DNA from: an uncultured Chloroflexia bacterium
GTDB taxonomy: Bacteria > Chloroflexota > Limnocylindria > QHBO01
Length of the DNA stretch: 64,000 nt
Direction of reading: 5' to 3'
NCBI GenBank assembly: GCA_963814375.1
Contig: CAWFCQ010000003.1
Span: forward strand, 1-64,000
Numbering within the stretch: position 1 is the first letter of the stretch; each line of letters begins with the position of its first letter. Below the pieces are notes generated by a model. The model made no database searches. It saw nothing but the letters and a program-made list of their open reading frames with translations, and had not been told where the DNA came from. The translations under genes were made by a program, and so were the position numbers. Positions 52,015 through 62,085 of the stretch are shown piece by piece.

Positions 52015-52764
52015 ATGTCGCCGAGCCTCGCCTTCCTGATCGTCGCGGGTGCCGGGCTGGTCGTCGGCGGCGCCGGCCTGCTGGCGCTGCGCTGGTCGGG
52101 CGCGAGCCCACGGCTCGCGCTGCGCCTGGCCGGTCCGCGGGAGGTGAAGGTGGGGCAGCTCGTCGGCGCCGAGACGCTCCCGACCCGGCCGGTTCGCGTG
52201 GCTGGGCGGATCCGATGCCGCGAGCCCCTCGAGCCGGGCGACGGCGATCGGCTGGTCGCCTACCACCGCGACGTCGAGGTGCTGGCCGGCGGGCGGTGGC
52301 GGAGCATCGAGCGGATGCGCGAGTCCCGCTCGTTCGAGCTGTGGGACCACGACGGCTCTCTCCATCTCGATCCTGGCCAGGCCGCCGAACCGCTCATCAC
52401 GATTCCCCAGGTCTGGCGCGGCGGTGCGGACGAGCTGGAGGAGCCGCATGCGTCGGCGGCCGCCAGGCTCGCCGAGCGGCATGCGGGCGCTTCGGGGGCG
52501 CGGGCCGTGACGCGAACGCTCAACGTCACCGACCGCCTGCTCGTGGTGGCGCGGGTGAGCCGCACCGACGCCGGCGAGGTCCGCCTCCGACCTCCGGGGC
52601 GCGGCTACCTGATCACGAATCTCGTCCTCGACGATGCGATGCGGCTGCTCGGCGGCCGCAGCCGGCGCGCGGCTTCGGGAGGGGTCATCGCACTCGCTTT
52701 CGGGGTCGCGCTCGCTGCCATCGGCGTCGTCGGAGCGGTCGTCGCGGGCGTCGCATCCGCCTGA
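52015..52764 (+). CDS. Hypothetical membrane protein with two terminal TMs; possibly GIDE-like soluble domain
   Basis: TM at each end around a beta-rich domain (PVRVAGRI...FELWDHDG). Confidence 0.65.
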   Translation: MSPSLAFLIVAGAGLVVGGAGLLALRWSGASPRLALRLAGPREVKVGQLVGAETLPTRPVRVAGRIRCREPLEPGDGDRLVAYHRDVEVLAGGRWRSIERMRESRSFELWDHDGSLHLDPGQAAEPLITIPQVWRGGADELEEPHASAAARLAERHAGASGARAVTRTLNVTDRLLVVARVSRTDAGEVRLRPPGRGYLITNLVLDDAMRLLGGRSRRAASGGVIALAFGVALAAIGVVGAVVAGVASA

Positions 52765-52892
52765 GGTCCTATGCCGATCGGTACCAATGAGTCATCGCGC
52801 ACGGAACGTCCCGTTTCCATCATCTGGTACACGGTTCCTACCGGAAGCTCCATTGGACCACGGAGCGCGGGGGCCGCGGCGAAGGAGTGCCA

Positions 52893-55800
52893 GTGCCGCG
52901 CGACAATCCCGATGGCCTGCTCACGGTCGCCCAGGCGGCGACGCTCCTCGGCGTTCACCCCAACACGATCCGCGTCTGGACCGATGCCGGCCGGCTGACC
53001 GCGTACCGAATCAACGCACGCGGTGATCGGCGGTTCAGGCGCGGCGACGTCGCGCGCCTGTTGGTCGAGGACGGCGCCGGTGGCAACGCCGGGAACGCCG
53101 CTCACGGATCTGCGGACCGCCTCGGGGAGCTGGCCGTTTTCGGGCGCATCGCCGCAGGGCTGAGCGGGTCCCCGACCCCGGCCGGAGTGGCTCGCACCAT
53201 CGTCGAGGCGCTGCGCACCGAGGTCGGCGTCGAGCGGGCGGCGGTCTACAGCGGTCACGAGGGCGAGCTCGAGCTGATGGCCCATGCCGGCTTTGCCCGT
53301 CCTCCGGCGGCGACGCGCGTCGCGCCGCTCGTCGACCTCACCGAGGAGGCAGCCGACGTCGCCATCGTGCTCGCGACCCGACGTGGCCGATCAGGGCTCC
53401 TCATCCTCGATGCCGCTTCGCACGCACGCCTCGCGGTGGCTCTCCGGCGCTCGCTCCTCGCGACGATCGCAACCGCGGTGGCCAGCGCCCGCCTCCTCGC
53501 CCGCGCCCGGCGGGAGATTCGGCGCGCACGAGCCCTGCGCTCCGTGACGAAGGAGCTGACGGGGACGCTCGACCTGACGGCGGTGCTCGGCGAGGTCGTC
53601 GACCTGACGCGCTCCCTCTTCGACGCCGACAAGGCCGGGCTGTGGCTGATCGAGCGGGAACGCCCCTTCAACATCGCGGCTCATCATGGCCTGAGCGAGG
53701 CGTTCCTGGCACAGGTCGGTGCCCTGCGTGGCGACGAGGACACGATTGGGCTACGTGCCCTTCGCCATCGCCGCCCGTACGCGATGCGCGACGCGGACAC
53801 CCAGGTCGGCGTCGGTCTCCTCCAGGGCGGCTATGCGGCGGAGGGGATTCGGACCGTGTGCCTCGTGCCCCTGCTCGCCGGCGACGAGCCACTCGGATTG
53901 CTCGGCCTCTACCACCGCCGCGACCGCACCTGGCCCGAGGAAGAGGTGGCGCTGGTCCAGGCGTTCGCCGACCAGGCGGCGGTGGCGATCCAGAACGCGC
54001 GTCTGTATCGGTCAGTCGCCGACCAGGCCGCGCGCATGCGCTCGATCCAGGATCTCTCCGCTCGCCTCAATCGGCTCACGGATGTTCGCGCCATCGCGGA
54101 GGCGATCGTGGCCGAGGCGAGCACCCTTGCCGAGTACCACGACATCCGCATCTACCGCGTCGACTGGGAGCGCCGGGTGTGCGACCCCATCGCCTTCACC
54201 CGCGAGATGCTCGACGCAGAGCAGGACGATGCGGAGGACCTGCTCCGGGTCGCCATCGGCGAAGGCTTCACCGGCTGGGTGGCGGAGAGCGGCGAGCCGC
54301 TCCTCATCAATGACGCGCTCGACGACGAGCGCGGAAAGACGATCGACGGCACCGACGACGTGCCCGAGTCGATGCTGGTGGTGCCGATGCTGTACGAGGG
54401 CCGCGCGCTTGGCGTCATCGTCCTCAGCCAGCTCGGCTTCAACCGATTCAGCGACGACGACCTCCAGACGATGTCGATCTTCGGCGGCTACGCCGCGCAG
54501 GCGATGGCCAACGCGACGCGCCACGAGCAGCTCGTGACGCAGTCCTCCGAGCTGGCGCGACGCGCCGACTCGCAGCGCCGACTGCTCGAGATCAACGAGC
54601 GCCTCCTCTCGACGCTGGACCAGGCGGGCGTGCTCGAGACGATCGCGGACGGCCTCCGTTACGTCGTGGCTTACGACAACCTGTCGATCTACCGGGCCGA
54701 CCCGCAGCTACGCGTGATGCAGCCCGTGCTGGCGCGCGAGCGCCATGCGGATGAGGTCAGCCGCTACCTGATCCCGTTCGGCGAGGGGCTGATGGGCTGG
54801 GCGGTCGAGCACTCACAGCCGATCCTCGCCAACGACGCGCTCAGTGATGAGCGCGCGGTCCAGATCCCCGGCACCCCGGACGAGCCGGAGGCGGTGGTCG
54901 TGGTGCCCCTTCTCGCCGATGGTGAGGCGCTCGGCGCGCTCAATGTCTCGCGCGTCGGCGGTCCCGAGGTGTATTTCAGCGAGAGCGACTTCGAGCTGAT
55001 CCAGCTCTTCGCAGGGCAGGCCTCGATCGCCCTGCGCAACGCCGATGCGCATCACGCGATGAGCCAGCGCGCCGACACCGATGCGCTCACCGGCCTCGCC
55101 AACCACGGCGCCTTCCAGCGCGACCTGGCTCGGCTGGTCGAGGAAGGCCCGGGACCGGGGGCCACGCGCCCGACCGCGCACCGGCTCGCGGTGCTGATGA
55201 TGGACCTCGACAGCTTCAAGGCCTACAACGATCGCCACGGGCATCCATCCGGCGACGCGCTCCTGCATCGGGCGGCGACGACGATCTACGGTGCCGCTCG
55301 AAGCGACGATCGCGTGTATCGCTACGGAGGCGACGAGTTCGCCCTGATCCTGCCCCACACCTCCGTCGCACAGGCCGCCCGCGTGGCGGAGCGCATCCGA
55401 GGGGCCGTCGCGTCGCTCACCGAGGGCGATCCCACGCCGGTCACGATCACGGTCGGCGTGGCCGGCCTCCCCCAGGACGCCGCCGACCGAGCCGGTCTGA
55501 TCGCGGCGGCGGACACGGCGCTGTACTACGGCAAGCGCGCCGGCGAGGACCGCGTCGTCCGCGCCGATCGCCTCACCGCCGACGTCGGCGACCTGCGCGG
55601 GACGCTGGAAGAGCTCGCCGCGGCCGCGCTCCGGGAGGGCGACGACGAGCACGCGGTCGAGCACCTCGTCGAGCGCGCCACCCAGCTCGCTGCCCCGCAC
55701 CACGAGGTCCAGGAGTCGCTGCGCGACACGCTGCTGACGATCGCCCGATCGCTCGACTCTGGGGACGGGGCCGCGCGCGGCCACGCCGACCGGGTCGGTC

Positions 55801-56246
55801 GGTTGGCCGATTCGATGGCGGCTCGCCTCGCCATCGCCGCCGACGAGCGCCGCGGCATCGAGCTCGCCGGGCGACTCCACGCTCTCGACGACCGCGGCAT
55901 CGCCGAGCTGGCGCCGATACCCTCGCTGCGCTCGGTGGCGCAGCTGATCGAGGGGTACCGCTCGCTCGACGCCGATGGCGAGCGTCGCGGGCGGCGAGCG
56001 AAGCGCTCCCGTGGACCGATCGGCGCCCACGTCGTCGCCGTGGCCAACGCGTACGACGCGCTCGTCTCGGCCGCCGGCCGGGCACGGCTTGGCCGCGCCG
56101 ACGCGCTGGCTGTCCTCGCCCGCGACCCGGCCACCTACCGGTCCGATGTGCTTGCCGCGCTCGCCGCGGTCGTCGAGCAGCGACGGGACCCGGGGCGCCG
56201 CCGCCGCCGGACGGACAGCCCCGAGGAGGCGCTCGGCGCGGCCTGA
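52893..56246 (+). CDS. Diguanylate cyclase: excisionase/BldC-type HTH, 3-4 GAF domains, GGDEF, degenerate HD-GYP
   Basis: LLTVAQAATLLGVHPNTIRVW; GAF repeats; DALTGLAN, DLDSFKAYND and RSDD-x5-GGDEF; GHADRV and VANAYDAL. Confidence 0.9.
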   Translation: MPRDNPDGLLTVAQAATLLGVHPNTIRVWTDAGRLTAYRINARGDRRFRRGDVARLLVEDGAGGNAGNAAHGSADRLGELAVFGRIAAGLSGSPTPAGVARTIVEALRTEVGVERAAVYSGHEGELELMAHAGFARPPAATRVAPLVDLTEEAADVAIVLATRRGRSGLLILDAASHARLAVALRRSLLATIATAVASARLLARARREIRRARALRSVTKELTGTLDLTAVLGEVVDLTRSLFDADKAGLWLIERERPFNIAAHHGLSEAFLAQVGALRGDEDTIGLRALRHRRPYAMRDADTQVGVGLLQGGYAAEGIRTVCLVPLLAGDEPLGLLGLYHRRDRTWPEEEVALVQAFADQAAVAIQNARLYRSVADQAARMRSIQDLSARLNRLTDVRAIAEAIVAEASTLAEYHDIRIYRVDWERRVCDPIAFTREMLDAEQDDAEDLLRVAIGEGFTGWVAESGEPLLINDALDDERGKTIDGTDDVPESMLVVPMLYEGRALGVIVLSQLGFNRFSDDDLQTMSIFGGYAAQAMANATRHEQLVTQSSELARRADSQRRLLEINERLLSTLDQAGVLETIADGLRYVVAYDNLSIYRADPQLRVMQPVLARERHADEVSRYLIPFGEGLMGWAVEHSQPILANDALSDERAVQIPGTPDEPEAVVVVPLLADGEALGALNVSRVGGPEVYFSESDFELIQLFAGQASIALRNADAHHAMSQRADTDALTGLANHGAFQRDLARLVEEGPGPGATRPTAHRLAVLMMDLDSFKAYNDRHGHPSGDALLHRAATTIYGAARSDDRVYRYGGDEFALILPHTSVAQAARVAERIRGAVASLTEGDPTPVTITVGVAGLPQDAADRAGLIAAADTALYYGKRAGEDRVVRADRLTADVGDLRGTLEELAAAALREGDDEHAVEHLVERATQLAAPHHEVQESLRDTLLTIARSLDSGDGAARGHADRVGRLADSMAARLAIAADERRGIELAGRLHALDDRGIAELAPIPSLRSVAQLIEGYRSLDADGERRGRRAKRSRGPIGAHVVAVANAYDALVSAAGRARLGRADALAVLARDPATYRSDVLAALAAVVEQRRDPGRRRRRTDSPEEALGAA

Positions 56247-56263
56247 GGTATCATCCGCCGCCG

Positions 56264-57001
56264 ATGCCGATCTCCCGCCTCGCTTCGCCGCGCCGTATCA
56301 CTGCGGCGGGCCTGGCGCTCGCCGCTACCACGCTCCTGGGGGCCTGCGGCAACACCACCTCGCCGAGCCCCGAGGCGACGGCCTCCCTCCCACCGGCGTC
56401 GGCGACCCCGCAGCCCACGCCCGAGCCCACGGCAACGCCGGAGCCGACCCCACGCTTCACGAACGAGCCCGATGCCGCACTCGCCGCGCTCATTCCTACC
56501 GATGCCGCCGGGGCAGTCGTGGTCGTGGCGCCATTCGACGAGTTCGCGCTGACGCCGGGCGATATCGCGACCGCATTCGGGGCGATCGGGAACCGCTTCA
56601 CGTCACTGGCCCTCGCCTACGTCGAGCAGCCCCGCGCCACGTTGTACGCGATGCGCGTCGAGGGCGGCCCGGTGACGACCGCGGAGCTCGAGCCCCATCT
56701 CGCCACCGCCGGACGCTACGTTGGCATCGCCGGGCTCGATCCGGAGCCGTGGGAGGCGGCGGTGGTCGCCGGCAACCAGGTGTGGACGCGCCCCGAGGAC
56801 AACGCCACCGCGGCGGGCACCCACATCTACACGTGGGCGAGCGGCGACCTCGTGTTCCTCCTGATCGGTGTCGACGACACCGTCAACCGGGCCATCATCG
56901 AGCAGCTTCCGGGCGAGCCGGCACCAACGCCCACGCCGATTCCGTCCGCTTCTGCGGGAGCCAGCGAGAGCGCGGCACCGAGCGGGTCGCCGGGCGGTTA
57001 G
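56264..57001 (+). CDS. Hypothetical lipoprotein with Pro/Thr-rich linkers
   Basis: Lipobox LGAC and PTPEPTATPEPTP. Confidence 0.75.
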   Translation: MPISRLASPRRITAAGLALAATTLLGACGNTTSPSPEATASLPPASATPQPTPEPTATPEPTPRFTNEPDAALAALIPTDAAGAVVVVAPFDEFALTPGDIATAFGAIGNRFTSLALAYVEQPRATLYAMRVEGGPVTTAELEPHLATAGRYVGIAGLDPEPWEAAVVAGNQVWTRPEDNATAAGTHIYTWASGDLVFLLIGVDDTVNRAIIEQLPGEPAPTPTPIPSASAGASESAAPSGSPGG

Positions 57002-57022
57002 AGCCGCCGCTAGGATGCAGCG

Positions 57023-58102
57023 ATGCTGAGCACCATCGCCTACGGCATCTCGATCGTCGGCACGCTGGTGACGATCGCGCTGCGCGTGGTCGGCGCCGAC
57101 GAGACACTCACCTTCGGGATCAGCGCGCTTACCATCCTCGGGCTGGCCTATACGCTCGGCCACGCCACGGAGCAGCTCGGCATCGCCGCGGGGCCGCGCA
57201 TCGGCGGCATCATGAACGCCACGGTCGGCAACATCGGCGAGATCATCATCGCCGCCTTCCTCATCCTCGACGGCAAGATCGAGATCGTTCACGCCTCGAT
57301 CACCGGCTCGATCATCGGCAACCTGCTGCTGGTGCTCGGCGCCTCGCTCCTGATCGGCGGGCTGAAGAACGGCGTCCAGCGCTACGACAGCGAGACGGTC
57401 GGCATGAACGCCGCGTCGCTCATCCTCGCCACCATCGGGCTGATCGTGCCGGCAACCTTCGCGTTCGTCATCGGCGGCGGCGAGGGGACGGCGCCCGGAG
57501 ATCCCGAGTTCTTCCAGATCGAGGCCCTGACGGTCGGGGCCGCGATCCTGCTCCTGGGCACGTATCTGGCGCAGACCTGGTTCTTCCTGCGATCCCCGGA
57601 GGCGCCGACCTCGACGCACGACCAGGAAGAGGAGGTGGCGGAATGGAGCTGGCGCGTCTCGCTCGGCGTGCTCCTCGCGTCCGCCGCCGCGCTGACCTTC
57701 GCATCCGAGGTGCTGGTGCACACCCTCGAGCCGGCGGTTGCGTCGCTCGGCATCAGCGAGTTCTTCATCGGCATCATCCTGATCCCGCTCATCGGCAACC
57801 TCGCCGAGCACGTCGTGGGCGTGACGCTCGCCTACAAGAACAAGATGGACTTCAGCCTCATCACGTCCATCGGCTCGGCAACCCAGATCGCGCTCTTCGC
57901 GGTCCCGGTCCTCGTCTTCTTCGGCCTGTTCGTGGGCAACCCGGTGACGCTCGTCTTCAGCCCGCTCGAGGTCGTGGCCGTGGCTGTGGCCGTGTTCATC
58001 GCCGGGTTCATCGCGCTCGACGGAAAGTCGAACTGGGTGGAGGGCCTCCAGCTCATGAGCGTGTACCTGATCCTGGCGATCTCGTTCTTCTTCCTGACGT
58101 AG
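57023..58102 (+). CDS. Ca2+/H+ antiporter (CAX/ChaA family)
   Basis: Alpha repeats NATVGNIGE and GNLAEH, GSIIGNLLL and GSATQIA. Confidence 0.92.
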   Translation: MLSTIAYGISIVGTLVTIALRVVGADETLTFGISALTILGLAYTLGHATEQLGIAAGPRIGGIMNATVGNIGEIIIAAFLILDGKIEIVHASITGSIIGNLLLVLGASLLIGGLKNGVQRYDSETVGMNAASLILATIGLIVPATFAFVIGGGEGTAPGDPEFFQIEALTVGAAILLLGTYLAQTWFFLRSPEAPTSTHDQEEEVAEWSWRVSLGVLLASAAALTFASEVLVHTLEPAVASLGISEFFIGIILIPLIGNLAEHVVGVTLAYKNKMDFSLITSIGSATQIALFAVPVLVFFGLFVGNPVTLVFSPLEVVAVAVAVFIAGFIALDGKSNWVEGLQLMSVYLILAISFFFLT

Positions 58103-58142
58103 GAGCACGGGCCGGCGCACACGTCGGGCTATCATCGCGGCC

Positions 58143-59174
58143 GTGATCGAGAACGACGACTGGTCGGGCTGGGACGATGGCGCCGATGACCGCATCGGCC
58201 GCAAGCGGGATCGCCTGGCGCGTCTCCTGAGCGTCGCCTCGATCCTCTTCTCGAAGGGCAGCGGTGAGAGCGGCGTCCCGGTGGCAGAGATCGCACGCCT
58301 GACCGGCATGACGACGCGCACCGTGTACCGCGATATCCGCGCCCTCGAGGACGAGCTCGGCGTCCCCGTGTTCCAGGCCGGCCGCGGCCGCTACGGGATC
58401 GATCGCAAGTTCTTCCTGCCGCCGCTGCGCCTGACGGTTCCCGAGGCGATCGTCCTCTTTCTCGCCTCGCGCCTTATCGCGCGCTGGTCCGACCAGTACG
58501 ACGCCGCGGTGGTGAGCTCATTCACGAAGCTCGCCGACGCGCTGCCGCAGCCGATCGCGCGTCACGTGACCGCGACGATGCTCGCGGTCGGTGCGCACGA
58601 CCCGAACGAGCCGTTCAGCCGCACCTTCTCGGCGGTCGCCCGAGGCTGGGCCGAGGGACGCGTGGTCGAGATCGTCTACGACCCCGGAACCGGCGCCGAG
58701 AAGCGCACCCGGGTGCATCCGTACGTCCTCGAGCCCGATGCCGCGCTGCGCAGCGTCTACCTCATCGGCTTCGACGAGCCGGCCGACGCGATGCGCACCT
58801 ACAAGGTGGAGCGAATCCGCAGCGCGACCCTCACGCAGGACCGATACGAGATCCCGGAGGACTTCGACCCGGACCGCTGGCTGGCGAACTCGTGGGGGAT
58901 CTGGTCCTCCGACTCGACGCCGCCGGTGCACGTGCGGCTCCGCTTCGAGCCCTCGGTCGCTCATCGCGTGCGCGAGGCGATCTGGCATCGGTCGCAGGAG
59001 CTGGTGGAGCTGGACGGCGGCGGGGTCGAGCTGGCCGTGACGGTGGCCGGCATTGTCGAGATCCGGCCGTGGATCCTGTCGTGGGGCGAGGGGGTGGAGG
59101 TCCTCGAGCCGGCGGATCTGCGCGAGGCGATCGCCGCCTCCGTGCGCGGTGCCGCGGCCCGCTATGCCGGATGA
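58143..59174 (+). CDS. HTH-WYL-WCX regulator (PafB/PafC/YafY-like)
   Basis: TTRTVYRDIRAL (HTH), VHPY..SVYLIG..RTYKVERI (WYL) and WILSWGEGVEVLEP (WCX). Confidence 0.92.
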   Translation: MIENDDWSGWDDGADDRIGRKRDRLARLLSVASILFSKGSGESGVPVAEIARLTGMTTRTVYRDIRALEDELGVPVFQAGRGRYGIDRKFFLPPLRLTVPEAIVLFLASRLIARWSDQYDAAVVSSFTKLADALPQPIARHVTATMLAVGAHDPNEPFSRTFSAVARGWAEGRVVEIVYDPGTGAEKRTRVHPYVLEPDAALRSVYLIGFDEPADAMRTYKVERIRSATLTQDRYEIPEDFDPDRWLANSWGIWSSDSTPPVHVRLRFEPSVAHRVREAIWHRSQELVELDGGGVELAVTVAGIVEIRPWILSWGEGVEVLEPADLREAIAASVRGAAARYAG

Positions 59175-61397
59175 GACACGTGCGACCGGCTGGCTCCGGA
59201 AGCAGCCCCGCGGTGCGCTCCTAGCTCTCGGCGCGGCGGCTGCGGTCTTCGTGTATGTCGGCTGGGATGGCGCGCTCTGGGACGCGCGCTGGCAGCTCGG
59301 GCTGCATCTGCTCGCCATCGGCGCCATCGGTGGATTGCTCGCGCTTGCCCTGCGTGGCGAGCCGATGCCGCGGACGCGGATCGACATGGCCGTCCTCGGC
59401 CTCATCGCCGCCTTTGCCCTCGCGACGCTGCTGGCAGTCAACCTCGGCATGAGCCTCCGCGCGATGGCGGCCATCAGCGCGACCGCGCTGATGCTGCCGG
59501 TCGCCCTGGTGGCCCTGCGCCATCGGCCGACGTGGACCGCGATCGTCATATGCGTGCCGGTGAGCGGCCTCGCGGCCGTGTCCCTCGGCACGATCGTGGC
59601 TCGACGTCTGGAGTGGATCCTCGTCGGCGCCCCCGGCCTTCCGGCCATCCGGATGCCCGGGGAGACGACCCCGTTCGGATCGGTCGCCGTCCCGCCGTTC
59701 GTCCTGCTCGGCGCGTGGGCCGTGGCGGGCGCCATCGAGGACGCCACGGGCCGCCGTTGGATGCGCACGATCATCCTCGTCCTCGGCGTCCCGCTGACGA
59801 TCCTCTCCGGGTCGCGCTCGGCTTGGCTGGCGATGGGCGTAGCGGGGGCGGTCCTCGTCGTGCCGTGGCTGTGGGAGCGCCGCGGCTCCACCGCGCGCCG
59901 CTGGCGGCCTTCCCGCCGAGCGCTGATCGCTCTCGCCGCGCTGGCCCTCGGCATCGCCGCCACCGTGGTCCTCGTGGCGCCGCGCGCCCTCTCGATCACC
60001 TCGCTGGTCTACCGCGGCGACCTGTGGCGCGACACCATCAACGCCTGGTCGCACAGCCCCATCACCGGAATCGGGCCGGGCATCATGCCGTACGCGCGCC
60101 AGGCGGCGGCGCCCGACTACTCGTTCCCGGTCAGCCAACCCCACTCGCACAACCTGGCCCTCGGCGTCCTGGGCGACGCCGGCATCATCGGGTTGGCGGC
60201 GGCGGTGGTGCTGGTGGTGAACCTGTTCGCGGTCGCAGGCCCCTGGCGATCGCGGACGGCGACCGGGCGCGGCGCCGCTGCCGTTCTCAGCGGGATCGCG
60301 GTCAGCGGGCTGTTCGAGGACATCACGTTCCTGCCGGGCTTCAACCTCATCGTGATCGTGCTCGTCGCCATGGCGCTGGCCGATGCGGGTGCGGTGACGT
60401 GGCGCCCCATCGGACCGCCCGAACGTGCCCGCGCACCGTGGCCGCCGTCGCCGCGGCCACGGTTCTGCTCGTCGCCATGGTCGTGGCGGATGCCGGTGGC
60501 ATCGCCTACCGGGCCGGCTCCGATGCCGCGAACGATCAGCGCTGGCCCGAGGCCGTCGCAGCCTACCGCCGGGCCGTATCGATCGACGCCTGGCACCCCA
60601 TGAACCCTGACGCGCTGGGCGTGGCGCTCGCCGCCGCCGGCGACGTGTCGGGCGCCGTCCAGCCGATGGCCGCGGCGACTGCGCTCAATCCCGGCAACGG
60701 GCGGGCCTGGGCCAATCTGACGGTGACATGCCGGGCCCTGGCCGACGCCGAGTGCCAGCGCGAGGCGGCGCGGAGAGCGGTCGCCGCATCGCGCCTCCAG
60801 GACAAGGCCATCATCAACGGTGCACAGAGCCTCGACGCACTCGGTGAGCAAGCCGATGCCGACGCTGCATACCGTCGCTCGCTTCTCACGCACCCGCTCA
60901 CCTCGTTCGCGGTCGACTGGCCGCGCCAGGTGGCTGTGGGCGACGGCATGATCGACGAGACGAACGGGCCGGCACCGGAGCTCAACGCGCTGCTCGGGCG
61001 GGTCAGCACCGGTGAGCCGATCGAGCCGGCCGACTACGCGACCGACGCGGTCCAGGCGCTGGCGTTCGCGATCGTCGGAGATGAGGACGCGTCCCGGGCG
61101 GCGATCGAGCGCGCGCACGGGAGCGCGCCGGACAGCCTGCTCACCTGGGAGGTCGACATGGTCCTCGCGCGAGAGCGAGGCGAGTCATCGGCCTATGCGG
61201 AGAATGTCTACGCCGTGCTCTCCGGGTCACCCGTCCTCCCGCCCGATCATCCGATCGAGGTGCCCGGCCTGGTGTTCGACATCGGGTCGTTTCGCAGCCT
61301 CCCGCGCGACGGTTTCGTACCGCAGGCGGAGGATCTGCGGGTATTCCCGCTGTACCCGTGGATCCTGGGCGAAGTGGTCCCCGACTCAGGCGGATAG
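59164..61397 (+). CDS. O-antigen ligase (Wzy_C)-family membrane protein with a TPR-like C-terminus (frameshift ~60430)
   Basis: SGSRSAW, RGDLW, PITGIGPG and HSHNLALGVLGDAGIIG; Ala-rich TPR-like helices in the second frame. Confidence 0.8.
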
Positions 61398-62075
61398 CGG
61401 CAGTCGCTGGATCAGCGCCAGCCGCGGGCGTTCGGTGATCGCCGGCGGCTCCACGGGCAGTCGCAGCCACGCCTCGCCCGCCGGACCGGACCGGTACCGG
61501 GCGTCGAGCTTGCGGGCGCTGACCGCGGTCAGCCCGAACCGACCCAGCGCCTCGGCCATCAATGTCCCGTCACCCACCAGTGCGTGCGAGACAACGCACC
61601 GATCGCCATCGCGCAGGACCTCCTCCAGGCGGGCTCGACGGGCGGCGTAGGCGCGACGCTGCCACGAGACACCACCGCACCAGAGCAGGTCGCAGGCGAC
61701 GAACGCAGGACGGCCCGCGCTCCGGTCGCCGGCAAGTCGACGCCGAAGCAGGTCGTGATCGAGCCAGCCGCCCTCGTCCAGGGCGAGGAGCCAGCCGTCG
61801 AGCACGACCCCGTCATCGGTGAGCCGCTCCGGCAGCTCGTCGGCGAGCTCGGCGAACGCGGACTCCGCGTCGGCCAGTCCCTCCGCCCGCAGGCGAAGGA
61901 GGCGATGATCGTCGATCCAGGCCATCGCGCGGACGCCCGGCCACCATGGCTCGAAGAGGTACCCGGGATCATCAAATGGCGCGGCTCCGGCACTGGCGTG
62001 CATGGGAGCCACGCGCGCCGGCAGGCGCTGGGCAGGCTCAGTCGGGATCGAGAGGTCGAGCTGCTCGCCGGGCAC
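61386..62075 (-). CDS. ATP-dependent DNA ligase adenylation-domain homologue; catalytic motifs degenerate, no OB domain
   Basis: APM...PFDDPGYLFEPWWPGVRA, VLDGWL, FVACDLLW, RRARL and ARKLDARYRSG...WLRL; starts 10 nt after the ku stop. Confidence 0.8.
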   Translation of the reverse strand: MPGEQLDLSIPTEPAQRLPARVAPMHASAGAAPFDDPGYLFEPWWPGVRAMAWIDDHRLLRLRAEGLADAESAFAELADELPERLTDDGVVLDGWLLALDEGGWLDHDLLRRRLAGDRSAGRPAFVACDLLWCGGVSWQRRAYAARRARLEEVLRDGDRCVVSHALVGDGTLMAEALGRFGLTAVSARKLDARYRSGPAGEAWLRLPVEPPAITERPRLALIQRLPLSA

Positions 62076-62085
62076 GACCCGCAGG

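Noticed and set aside
52765-52890. c-di-GMP riboswitch upstream of the diguanylate cyclase
   Set aside because: No class I or class II consensus could be recognised by eye.
15229-61397. Split ORFs in CYTH-CHAD, ppk1, ccmI, ccmH, ccmG, ccmF, the anti-sigma, thiN and the O-antigen ligase read as pseudogenes or programmed frameshifts
   Set aside because: Each is an isolated indel, often in a G/C run, with motifs intact on both sides. This fits uncorrected long-read error better than decay or recoding.
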